Source of the DNA: Azolla caroliniana
Lineage: Eukaryota > Plantae > Polypodiophyta
NCBI GenBank assembly: GCA_043228905.1
Contig: JBHGNT010000017.1
Coordinates: 8,990,001-9,054,000, forward strand
Direction: 5' to 3'
Length of the DNA: 64,000 nucleotides
Of this stretch, positions 51,038-62,700 are shown one piece after another (position 1 is the first letter of the stretch; the number at the start of each line of letters is the position of its first letter). The position numbers and the translations under genes were made by a program. The notes under the pieces were generated by a model, which did no database searches, was not told the origin of the DNA, and saw only the letters and a program-made list of their open reading frames with translations.

Positions 51038-51106
51038 GCATAGGGTAGGATTTGAACCCTATACCTCCATGTTAACGATTTTAAGCCTTACCACTGTACT
51101 AGCATA
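51038..51106 (-). promoter_or_regulatory. tRNA-like Pol III A/B-box cassette in the G3 3' LTR (damaged copy at 44715-44783)
   Basis: The minus strand reads TAGTACAGTGG-32nt-GGTTCAAATCC. Confidence 0.65.
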
Positions 51107-51928
51107 TTATGAGTCTTTAAGTTATACTAAACTTTATCCCATGTAAATATTCTAGATATGCATGATAGAAAAAGTTGTTCATGCATACACACTCGAGTTA
51201 AAAGAAAAGATGTGATAGAAAGTTGATCATGCACATGTAGTGTGCATGAAAACTAAAGTTAGAAAAAGCATGATGCTTGCATGTGATAAACTTAGACTCT
51301 TCCATCACTATATAAGGAAGAGCGAAAGATGTATAGGGGTTGTTGATTTTTTATAAGGGTTGATTAATATAAAATATTCGTGGGATTCACAATTTTTCCA
51401 TCTATTTCTCTCTTACAATCTAAGTATCAATTAATACACGATACTCATGTGATCTATTCGTAACAAACCTTATCTCATATTCTTCTTTCTCCTAGTCCAA
51501 AACCTCAGTGGTTCGCATCCAACTCACGCAACGATCCAGATCGAAAGGCCTGACAACGTTACGTTCATCGACGACTTCTCTAGGAACACAAGAGTGAAGT
51601 GTTTGGATACTTCCAGAGATTCAAAGCCGAAGTCGTAAAAGCTACGGATCGGCATGTACACTGCCTTCGATCGGATGGAGGCAAAGAATACTTTTCGGAT
51701 GAGTTTACGGCGTATCTCCAAAAGGAAGGAATCCAACGAGAATTCTCATGCCATCACACACCTCAGCAGAACGGCGTACCTAAGCGTAAAAACCGGCACA
51801 TAGTAGAAGTCACTCGGGCTATGATGAATGAGAAGAATCTACCGAAATCGTACTGAGAAGAAGCGGCGAACACGGCCGTATACCTCATGGACAGGTGCAC
51901 AACCTCGGGAATACACGACATAACCCCG

Positions 51929-54779
51929 TGTAAAAACGAAGGTGTGGAAGCGTTAGAAACCTAGCTTAGCCGGATAGCAACAAAGAGAGAGAGAGAGAGA
52001 TTAACACACAGAAGGTACGCAGGAGACACAGAGAAAGACCAGAACAACTTAAATCTATTATCAACAACTCTGTAAAATTCTCTGTACATACAACGTGCTC
52101 AACAGCACTACTTATACAAGTCCTAAGAGGACTCACAGAAGTGCGGTGTACTTCAATGCTCACACGAGCGTCTAACACTAACTACGAGACATTAACTACC
52201 TAGTAGTCTGGGTTGCTACTAGGCTTCCGGTTACTGCTTGATCCAGCTAACCGGCTCCCTAGCTCACCAGCTCACCGATCCAGCTCATCCTTCCGGATGC
52301 CGATCCGAATCTGGTTGAGCCTGCCGCTTAACACTCCCCCTCAAGCTCAACTTGAGTTCGGATCGTAGTGTCAGTCTCCATGGCAGCCGGTCCTTCCACC
52401 CGGCTCCTTCTGGCGTCACTCCGCCTTGATCGTGCTCCTCGCCTGGTCCTGTCCCGTTTGCCGCAACCCTTCTGATTCTGTGCACCTCGACCTCCTCGGT
52501 CGGCTTGTCTGCTCAGCAGGCCCAATTCAGCTCCCTCATTGTTGTGAATTTGGCGCTTGCCGATTCGTCGATTCCTTTGTGTTGGTGTCAACTCTTGCTA
52601 TCTTCTCATCCTCTTGGCCTTGAATTGATCCGGTTCTTCCGAATCCATCTGTTGAACCGAATCGCCTGTCTCCACTTCATTCCATCTCTTGTCCGAATCA
52701 ATCGCTCCTAATTCGTCTTCCGGTTCCAGGCCCTTCACCACATCAGACCATGTCCAAGTCTTGGCCTTCTTCTTCCGGTCGGCTCTATCCTTCTTGACTC
52801 TGCCGCCACTGCCGCTTGTTCCTACTTGTTCGGATGTGTCAACTTCCTTTGTTGACTCGGCTCCTTTCTTCTTCTTGTCTCTCCCTTTGTCAGTTCTTCC
52901 CTCACCAATGCAATCAGCAGTTTCTTTGCCTTTGCCCATTCCGATATCTTTGCTCGTTCTCCCCCTCAAGTGTGGCACGTCGAGATGTTGAACACCAAGC
53001 ATTTCGGTGAAGTGATGCAACTTGTCTGATCCGAGCGGTTTGGTGAAGATGTCGGCAACTTGCCGATCCATATGAACATACCGAAGTTCGACTTCACCGC
53101 TCAGGACACGCTCACGTACGAAGTGGTAGTGCACTTCTATGTGCTTTTTGCTAGCATTGAATACGGGGTTCTTGGCGAGCTGCATGCTGCTTATGTTGTC
53201 GCAGTAGATCAGGATCGGGGTCAGCACCTCGATCCGCAGGTCTTGCAGCAGTTGCCGGAGCCAAATGGCTTCACATGTGGCAATGGTAGCGCCCCGGTAT
53301 TCAGCCTCAATGCTCGAAAGGGCCACTGTTGGCTGCTTTTTGCTGCTCCACTCAACAACCACACTACCAAGGGAAAACATATAGCCAGAGGTGGAACAAC
53401 GATCTGATGCATCGTCGGCCCAGTCGGCATCGGTGTAGCCGACTAGCTCTTCGGTTATACCATGCCGGTATAACAGTCCCCGGTCCTTCGTGCCGCTCAC
53501 ATATCGCAAAATTCGATGCGCGCATAGAAGGTGCTCCATGGTCGGCTTCTGCATATATTGGCTGATCACGCTAATCAGATAACTGATGTCGGGTCAGGTG
53601 ATTGTCAAATATATAAGGCTTCCGACGATATGTCGGAACCGCTTCTCATCATAGGCCAATCCGGAGTCGAGACGGAGCTTTTGGTTCCGGTCCAGGGGTG
53701 TGGAGATTGGTCGGCATTCCGTCATGCTGAACTTGTACAGCATATTCAACACATAGTGTCTTTGTGAGAGCAATATGTCGTCGGGGGTTCGGATCACCTC
53801 GATCCCAAGGAAATAGTGAAGGTCCCCCAGGTCCTTCGTCTCAAATGCGTCCGACAGTTGGAACTTCACTCGGCTGATTTCATCGAGTCCGGGCCCGATG
53901 ATGACTAGATCATCAACATACAGCAAGATGCAAACCAGACCATCCGGACCTTGCCGGATGAACAACGAAGAGTCAGACTTGGAGGCCACAAACCCCATCT
54001 TACGCAACCGGTGCGTGATCTTCGCATTCCAAGCTTGGGGGGCTTGCTTCAGGCCATAAAGTGACTTCTTCAACAGGCATACCGCCGACTTGTTCATCTC
54101 CGAATGGAAACTAGGGGGGTTGGGTCATAAAGACCTCTTCTTCAAGACCGCTTTGAAGAAATGCATTCTTCACGTCCATCTAGTGAAGATGCCACCCCCT
54201 TGTCATTGCAACCACACGAACCGTCGTCATCTTCGCTACCGGAGCGAAGGTCTCGTCGTAGTCGATTCCGTGGGTCTACGCGTATCCCTTCGTGACTAAC
54301 TGAGCCTTGTACCAGTTAACCTAACCGTTGGCATTGTACTTTACCTTGTACACCCACTTACATCTGATTGGTTTATAGTGTCGGGGAGGGTTAACTAGAT
54401 CCCATGTGTCGTTGGCATCAAGTGCCCGCATTTCTTCCTCCATAGCGGCACGCCAATTTGTGTCCTTTGTCGCTTCTGCGTAGCTCTCCGGCTCACACAC
54501 TTCCGCCACTTGGGTCATGTACGCATAATGATGCGCCATGTACTCATTGTACCCATACCGCTTCAAAGGGTTCTTTTGGTGGGAAGACCGACGTAACTTA
54601 TCGTTACCCGGTTTGAGGCCCTTCTTGGCCGGTTCGGACTTCGTTCCCGAAGATCCACCTTCATCCTGTCTAAACTTGGATTTGCCCCAATCCGACTCAA
54701 CGTTGCCGGCTTCATATTCCGGCATCTTCTTCTTCCCCTTCTCTTTGCGCGTCAACCATGTCCTCAGTGACGAGAAACA
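51929..54779 (-). mobile_element. Copia family B 3' half: INT-RT linker, RT, RH, extension, PPT, 3' LTR (51929-52333)
   Basis: CKWVYKVK, LYVDD, GYTDADW, TWSDVVKGL, VELEGEC. Confidence 0.9.
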
Positions 54780-55047
54780 TGTGGAATAATCTCCGGCCAC
54801 AACCGAAGCGTAGATCACTTGATGACAATCAAACACAGAAGAAATGAGAATGGAGGTAAGTACACAAAATAGAAAGAGAATGCACAGGATATTAACGTGG
54901 AAAACCCTGAGAGGGAAAAACCACAGGAGTCCACAGACTCCAAACTATCACTATGTCGAGTAATACAACAAGGAGCACGGAGGCAACGAACTCTTGCTCA
55001 CAATCTTCTCCTAGCGGCGGTTACAACAAAGACACGATCTCTATATA

Positions 55048-55083
<36 letters not shown>

Positions 55084-56773
55084 GCACTATACAAGAGTTA
55101 CACCAATAACTCTACAATCTACATTGAGTTTGCCCTAGGTCATATTTATACTAATATGACTTTCGGGCTATTTACAAATATAGCCCCAGTGGGCTCTTTG
55201 GAACATATTTACATATATGTCCCTTCATCCAGTGAGAGGTTCTCACTGAGCCTGCAACATCCGGTTCTCACCAGCTCTTCCTTGCCGGGTACTCGTCATC
55301 CGGTTCTCACCAGGCCTGCAACATCCGGTTCTCACCGGGTCTACACCATCCAGTTCTGGGTACTCCACATTCAGTTCTCACCGGGTCTTCCATTGCTGGG
55401 TACTCCACATCCGGTTCTCACCGGGTCTTTCGATGCCGGGCCTTCGTATCCCATCCGGAGGGACCGAGATCCTAACACTCAGTTCCTTGCGCGGGGAGAG
55501 CATGGCAGAGTCTCCACTACTCGTTGGTTCCTTGCATGTGGATCTTCGTCAGCACGAACTCTCGGTCTTCTACTCGCTCCCAAATCTAGTGGTACCTCCG
55601 CTGGATGTGCTTCATCCTGGAATGATACGTTGTGTTCTTCGCAAGGTGGATGGCACTTTGACTGTCGCAATAGAGCCGATATTCCTCTTGCCGGATCCCT
55701 AGCTCTTTGATGAAGTCCTTCATCCATAGTATTTCCTTACCGGCTTCCACAGTCGCCATGTACTCCGCTTCCGTGGTTGACAAAGCAACTGTCTTCTACA
55801 GCCTCGATTGCCATGAAACTGCTCCCCCCGTATATGTCATGACATATCCGGATGTTGACCGGCTGGCATCCGCATTAGCCAACATATCCGAATCGGTGAA
55901 ACCGTCAAGTTGGGGTTTACCGAAGCCGAATCGGAGACACATACTTGAGGTGCCTTTCAAGTATCGGAGTATCCATTTTACCGCATTCCAGTGCTCCTTG
56001 CCAGGATTGCTCATAAACCGGCTCACCACTCTAACTGCATATCTGATATCCGGTCGGGTACACACCATTGCGTATATTAGGCTCCCGACGGCAGAGGCAT
56101 ATGGTATCTTCATCATATCCGCCTTCTCTACCTTCGTCTTCGGGCTTTGCTTACCGGATAACCTGCAGTTTGCCGGGAGTGTCGATCCGACCGGTTTCGC
56201 ATCTGATATGTTGAACCGTTGAAGCACCTTTGTCACGTACTTCTCCTGTGACAGCCACAATTGCTTCGTTGGCTGGTTCCGGATGATATGTATCCCCAGC
56301 ATTTGTCTTGCCGGACCCAACTCTTTCATTGAGAAGGTCCGGTTCAGGGCCTTCTTCAGCATCCGTATCTTGACTTGGTCTCGTCCGATGATCAACATGT
56401 CATCCACGTACAAGAGGACTATTAGGAAGTCTCCACCTTCTACCTTCTTCACAAATACACAGTGATCGTTCTGCGTCTTGTGGTACCCTTGATCAGTCAT
56501 GAAGGAGTCGAACTTCCGGTACCATTGTCGGGGAGCCTGCTTCAATCCGTAGAGGCTCTTTTTTAACCGACAAACCAGGTGCTCTTTCCCTTTCTTCACA
56601 AATCCCTCTGGTTGCTGCATGTAGATCTCCTCTTCGAGGTCGTCGTGGAGGAACGTCGTCTTCACGTTTAACTGCTCTACCTCGAGATCCATGCTTGCCG
56701 CTATGCTCAACACCGTCCGGATGGAAGTCATCTTTACTACCGGGGCAAATATCTCGTCGAAGTCCATGCCCTT
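54780..56773 (-). mobile_element. Copia family A RT-RH fragment joined to a divergent A-type LTR (54780-55477)
   Basis: 323-aa RT ORF at 55796-56767; on the minus strand the LTR reads TGTTAGG...TTCCACA with degenerate U3 repeats; no PPT at the junction. Confidence 0.85.
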
Positions 56774-59179
56774 TGTTGAGAGACAAGCTCAACATCGGCC
56801 GGATCGGCTGAAGAAGCCGAGGACCGGATCGGTTGGGACCGATCGGTTAGGCCGAGTGCGTAAACCGGGAGGTCGTTAGGAAAGATATTTCGTGAGGAAT
56901 ATATTTGGGAGTTAGTGTAGGAGCTCTTGATGAGCATTGAAGTACTGTCAGTACTTCGGTCAGTCCTTCTAGGACTTGTATAAAAGTGTTCACTGAGCAC
57001 GTCTTATGTACAGACTGAGTATTATTGTTAAATATAGTTCTTGTGTTCTCTCTCTCTCTCTCTGTCTCTCCCGCGTATACAGCGTAAGCTCAAGCTCTCC
57101 ATTAAACCTGAGTTTTCTTCCTTCTGTTCGGTCTTCATACATGCTTCCGCACGCTACTTTCTACATGGTATCAGAGCGCGAGGGTTGAGAACCTCTCTGC
57201 AGCCGACATAGCTTGACGAAGAAGAACAAGAAGAACGATGGATAGAGGCATGGCGAGCTCGCTTCCAACAGAGAAGCTCGACAGAACCAACTATGCGTCT
57301 TGGTCCTACAAGATGCACCAGTACCTGCTTGGGCACGGCTACTGGAGTTATGTCGAAGGAGCTAATGACGCGGCACCCGAATCGACACACAAAGACTTCC
57401 CGTCGTGGGAGCAATCGGCGAGCAAGATATTATACTACTTCGCGTCGTGTGTGGGCGAACAACTATTGAGCTATGTTCGGGATGCAAAGACACCGAAGGG
57501 TGCGTGGGAAAATCTGAAGAAGATTTTCGCCGCGAGCACCATAGCCAGGAAGCTTAAGCTCCGACAGGAGTTACGCAACCTACGACAACACGACTTGTCG
57601 GTGGCGGACTATACCTCGAAGATCAAGGATATTTGCGACTCCCTCGCCTCCATAGAGGTGAACATCGAGGAGAGCGAGATGCGGAGGTTTGGCGTCGAAG
57701 TTCGGAGTGTTCCGAACGGTTGTGTGTACCCGGGAGAATACGTCGTCCTTTTTCGACTTACAGTCAATGCTCCTAGTAGAGGAGAACCACGTCGAAAGCA
57801 GAATGTTGTACACGGAGGGAGATAGGCCCCGTGGACGTGGAGGACGAGGCGAGTCGGGGCGTAATGGAGGCGGCCGACGAGATCAAGGAAGAAGGCACCG
57901 AAGTGATGCTGACAGCAACTCCGGACACTCCGGAAACAGGGGGAGTCGAAGCGATGAGAACCGGCAAGGGAAGGCCATCGGAGAGTGCTGGTACTGTGGC
58001 AAGAAAGGCCACAAGGAAAGTGAGTGCTGGAAGAAGCGCGCCGATTCGGAGAGAACCGGTTCCGAAAACGGCTCCGAACATACCGACAAGGGAAATCGGC
58101 AGCAATCGCACTACGCCGAAGACTCCGGGAGAGCCGGAGAAGGGTCTGTCTTCGTGACGAGACACAAAGAAAACTCAATGAAGCAGACCACACCGAGATC
58201 GGACGAGGTGTGGTACGTAGACTCCGGTGCGTCAAACCACATGACGATCCATAAGGAGTGGTTCTCGTACCTTGAAAAACCGATACAACCTGGAGTAGTC
58301 GCAACTGGAGACGACACTCCGCATCCGATCGCAAATGTCGAAGAAGTTCCCCTTAGCCATGTCGGGCAGAAAGGGAAACTCATGAACGTGTTGCACGTCC
58401 CGACAACCACGAAAAACTTGGTCTCGGTCGGACAGATCGTCGACCAAGGGATGGAGGTTCGGTTTACACACCTCGGGTGCTTCATTGAGGAAGAAGGCCG
58501 TGTGATTGCGCAAGGGCGCAGAGATGGGAGGATGTTCATTCTCGACTCCACTGACGGTGGCACCGCAATGTTCGCAAAGGGAAGAAAAAAACCGATTCGT
58601 ACATCGACTTGTGGCATAAGCGGATAGCCCACGTCAACTACCAGCGGCTTCAAAATGTACAAACGAAACAGGTAGTATTCGGATTGCCCAAATTTAGTGG
58701 CCGAAAGGCACAAATTTGTGAAGCCTGACAGCTCGGGAAGCAACACCGACTTCCTTTCCCAAACGAGCGAAACCAGAGTCGGAATAAGCTCGACCTTATA
58801 CACTCCGATGTATGGGGGCCGGCACAAAACGTTAGTCTTGGTGGGAGCCGATATTTCGTCTCCTTCATCGACGACCACACGCGGCACACATGGATCTACC
58901 TCATTGAGAGGAAGAGCGAAGTCTTTGACTATTTCCGAGACCTCAAAGGGTTCGTGGAAACGGAAACGGGACGTAAGATCCAATGCCTGCGGTCAGATGG
59001 CGGGAAAGAGTACTTTTCTGGTCAATTCAACGGTTATCTACAACAAATGGGAATTCGGCGCGAATTCAATTGTAGATACACGCTGGAGCAGAACGGCGTG
59101 GCCGAGAGGAAGAATCGGTCGATTGTGGAAGCGGCACGGGCAATGCTGGAGGAGAAGAGCTTGCCCAAGTTCTACTGGG
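56774..59179 (+). mobile_element. Copia family B 5' half: 5' LTR 56774-57165, abutting iMet PBS 57166-57177, gag, PR, INT
   Basis: MASSLPTEKLDRTNYASW, CWYCGKKGHKESEC, WYVDSGASNHMT, LRSDGGKEY. Confidence 0.92.
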
Positions 59180-59715
59180 TGACGGGAACTCAAGGCTCCT
59201 TATGCACAACGCTTGGCCACAACCGAGCTTAGGATCATACACAAAAAACGGGAAGCAAATGCACTCGACACAAAGGAGAGAAAAGGTATTCACCTCCGTT
59301 ATCTACTCGAACCGCCTTCAGCTTCCGGAAGAGGATCGGACTGGTAAGACACCCCATGCCGGAGTGAAGGGGGACTTTGTTGGGAGACAGGTCCCTCTAG
59401 ATGGTGCATACCCGGTATGAACTGGATGAGGATTACTCGGCTACGGAGAGCCGTATGGTGCAGACCCGGTATGAACCGGATGAGGAGTACCCGGCTACGG
59501 AGAGCCGGATGGTGCAGACCCGGTATGAACCGTCTTCAAAGAGTAGATAATGGAGGTGAATACCGTGGTTTTTCCCTCTTTGGGTTTTCCACGTAAACAT
59601 TCTGTGTACCTTTTCTCTCCTTTGTGTCACGTGCATTTGCTTCCCGTTTTCTGTGTATGATCCTAAGCTCGGTTGTGGCCGAGCGTTGTGCATAAGGAGC
59701 CTTGAGTTCCCGTCA
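59180..59715. repeat. Inverted repeat with 109-bp arms (59180-59288 and 59607-59715) made of family A U5
   Basis: The arms are reverse complements with about 4 mismatches. Confidence 0.9.
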
Positions 59716-62700
59716 AGTGGTATCAGAGCGAAACGACACAGAAATATGGACTAATCGTTTGGCGGCATGTTCAAGCTCACCGGATCCAACTATTCGGTAT
59801 GGAAGTCGAAGATGAGGGACATGCTCGTGGTTAAAGACCTCTGGCTGCCGGTTCAGTTCGGGGACAAGAGACCAGACAAAATCAACGCCGCGATATGGGA
59901 GGTGATGCACATGAAGACAACGGCGTACATATGGTGCTTCATCGACATGAGCCTGTACAACAACTTCAATGAAGAGAGCAAGGCTCATGAGCTCTGGGAG
60001 AAGATCAGCATAATGTTTCAAAACAAAAATGTTGTTAATCAGGTTTCGGTATTCCGGAAGCTAGTAAGACTCCGGTACCAAGATGGCTCCAGCATGGCGG
60101 AGCATATGAATGCCTTCCAGGGGCTGATACACCAGGCAACGTCATTGGAAGTACCTCTCGCCGATGAGGTACTAGCGCTACTCCTACTCGGTTCCCTCCC
60201 GGATAGCTGGGAGACGTTGGTTGTCACTTTGGGCAACGCCGGGCCGGAAGGAAAACGGTTATCCCTAGCAAGAGTGAAGTCGAGCTTGATAGATGAGGAG
60301 GCGCGTCGGAAAGACAAAGATACGAGCTCCGACTCCAAAGCGCTCCTTACCGAATCGGAACGTAGAAGACATAGAAACCGTAGTCCTCAGAACCGGGAGA
60401 AGTCGGGGACACGGTCAAAGTCAAGGGGGAGGCCCACTTGCTTCTATTGCGGCAAGCCGGGTGACTTCCAAAAGAAATGTCGGCATTTCTGTAAAGACAA
60501 GGAAACCAACGGTACCGATTCGAAGCAGACCCCGGACCGGAAGGGAACGACGGCAATCGCGGCAAGTGAAGAAGAGTTTATGCTCATCACCGAGGAGAGT
60601 GAGATAAACCTTGCCGGACACGAGATGACCTGGGTGGTAGACTCCGGAGCATCGTTCCACCTTACCCCGGACCGGAAATGCTTCTCATCCTACTGAGCCG
60701 GTGACCACGGCTATGTCCGGATGGGGAATGAAGGTACATGCCGAATTGTCGGCATAGGAGACATGTGGCTGTCAACACCAACCGGATGCAAGTTGCTGCT
60801 GAAGGATGTCCGACACGTTCCGGAGGTTTGTCTGAACCTGATATCAGTCGGTCGGCTAGATGATGAAGGCTACACGGGTAGCATCCGGAACGGTGTCATG
60901 AAGTTCAGCAAAGGGAGCCTGATTGTGGCTCGGGCCCGGAAGGTCAACACACTGTACTTGATGAATGCTCGGTTGTGCCCAAAGGAAGTGAACGTGGCAT
61001 CCGGCACTGCCGGTGACCTGTGGCACAAGAGGCTGTGTCATATGAGCGAGAAGGGGATGAAGAGGCTTGCAGACGACAACCTCATTCCAGTGATGAACGT
61101 GCACTTAGAGAAGTGCACTGATTGTTTGGCCGGTAGGCAGAACCGGACCTCCTTCCGACCAAGCCACCGATGAGACGTAATGCACCACTGGAGTTGGTGC
61201 ATACGGATGTGTGTCAAGTAGACACGAAGTCACGTGCCGGAGCACAGTACTTCGTGACGTTCATAGATGACCACAGCTGGAAGCTGTGGGCCACACCGTT
61301 GAAGACGGTTCGAGCAGATAACAGAGGTGAATACCGGGGGCAGTTCGAGGAGTACTATCGCTCGAAGGGAATCCGGCTCGAATTTACCGTGCCGAAGATG
61401 CCGGAACTAAATGGACTGGCCGAGAGGATGAACCGCACCATAATGGAGAGGGTTCGGAGTATGCTAGCACATGCAAGACTACCCAAGAAGTTTTGGACTG
61501 AGGCACTGTCGACGGCGACATATGTGATAAATAGATCACCCTCAGTACCCTTGGACAGAGACACGCCACAGAGAGTGTGGACTGGTAAGGAAGTATCCTA
61601 CCGGCATCTGAAGGTTTTCGGGTGTCTCGTGTACGTGCATGTAGCTAAGGACCGGAGAGGAAAGTTAGATCCAAAGACCCGGCCATGCATATTCCTCGGT
61701 TACGGTGACGATGAGTTCGGCTACCGAGTGTGGGACCTGGTCAACAAGAAGGTATTCCGGAGTCGAGATATTATCTTCATGGAGGACAAGACGCTCGCCG
61801 ACTGGGAGTCGGAGAAGAAGATAATGAACTCCGAGTCGACCGGTAAGGATCGACTCTACGATGAGCAGACCCAACCGGCGAGAGACCGGTTAGCACTCGA
61901 GGAACCAGCCGGTTACGGTGAGGATACCGAACCGGCAGGAGAAGAGGTAGAGGAAGCTGAGACCGGAACCAGCCAAGACCCCGAATAGGATTCGGATGAA
62001 GACCAAATGGAGGAGCCGGTTACCGAAGCCCGAAGACGTAGATATCCTCTCAGAGAAAGAAGGGCCCCCCGGAGATTTCCGGATGCAGAGCATGTTCTGT
62101 TGACCAATGAGGGGGAGCTGGAAAGCTTCGAAGAAGTGAAGGAAGACACCCACAGCCGAAAATGGTTAAGTGCCATGCAGAACGAGATGGATTCCCTGCA
62201 TGAGAACCATACGTACGAATTGGTGGAGTTGCTGAAAGGAAAGCGGGCACTCCGAAACAAGTGGGTGGACATGTTGAAACTGGGAGATGCCGGAAACCCC
62301 TCGAGATACAAAGCCAGGATCGTGGTGAAGGGGTTCCAGCAAAAGAAGGGCGTGGACTTCGACGAGATATTTGCCCCGGTAGTAAAGATGACCTCCATCC
62401 GGACGGTGCTGAGTATAGCGGCAAGCATGGACCTTGAGGTAGAGCAGTTGGACGTGAAGACGACATTCCTTCACGGCGACCTCGAAGAGGAGATCTACAT
62501 GCAGCAACCCGAAGGATTTGAGGAGAAAGGGAAGGAGCACCTGGTATGCCGGCTGAAGAAGAGCCTGTATGGACTAAAGCAGGCTCCCCGACAATGGTAC
62601 CAGAAGTTCGATTCCTTCATGACCGATCAAGGGTACTACAAGACGCAGGCCGATCACTGCGTGTTTGTGAAGAATTTCGAAGGAGGCGACTTCTTGATAC

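Larger units (their letters stand above)
44616..51555 (+). mobile_element. Full-length decayed Ty3/gypsy G3: LTRs 44616-45264 and 50939-51555, tRNA-Trp PBS 45269-45285, PPT 50927-50938, 4-bp TSD A(C/T)GT
   Basis: Matching TG..CA LTRs; PBS TGGTGAACCCGACGTGA; RCIWCDSTEH, ALIDHGSEIN, YSIGDLYSGYDQF, PFLDD, CEKCQ, WFGPY; no chromodomain. Confidence 0.95.
41464..51928 (+). mobile_element. Copia family B-like fragment (gag end, PR, INT) split by gypsy insertions (segments 41464-42493, ~44490-44615, 51556-51928)
   Basis: ARENPPTFFDLQS, GHYEEEC, WFVDLGSSNHMT, LWHKRIGH, DVWGPA, GCRYY|VTFIDD rejoined across G3, LRSDGGKEY. Confidence 0.85.

Noticed and set aside
57609-58983. Long antisense ORFs (241 and 290 aa) opposite family B gag-pol
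   Set aside because: Expected shadow ORFs of GC-rich coding sequence; they are not open in the homologous copies at 10483-11734 or 41464-42493.
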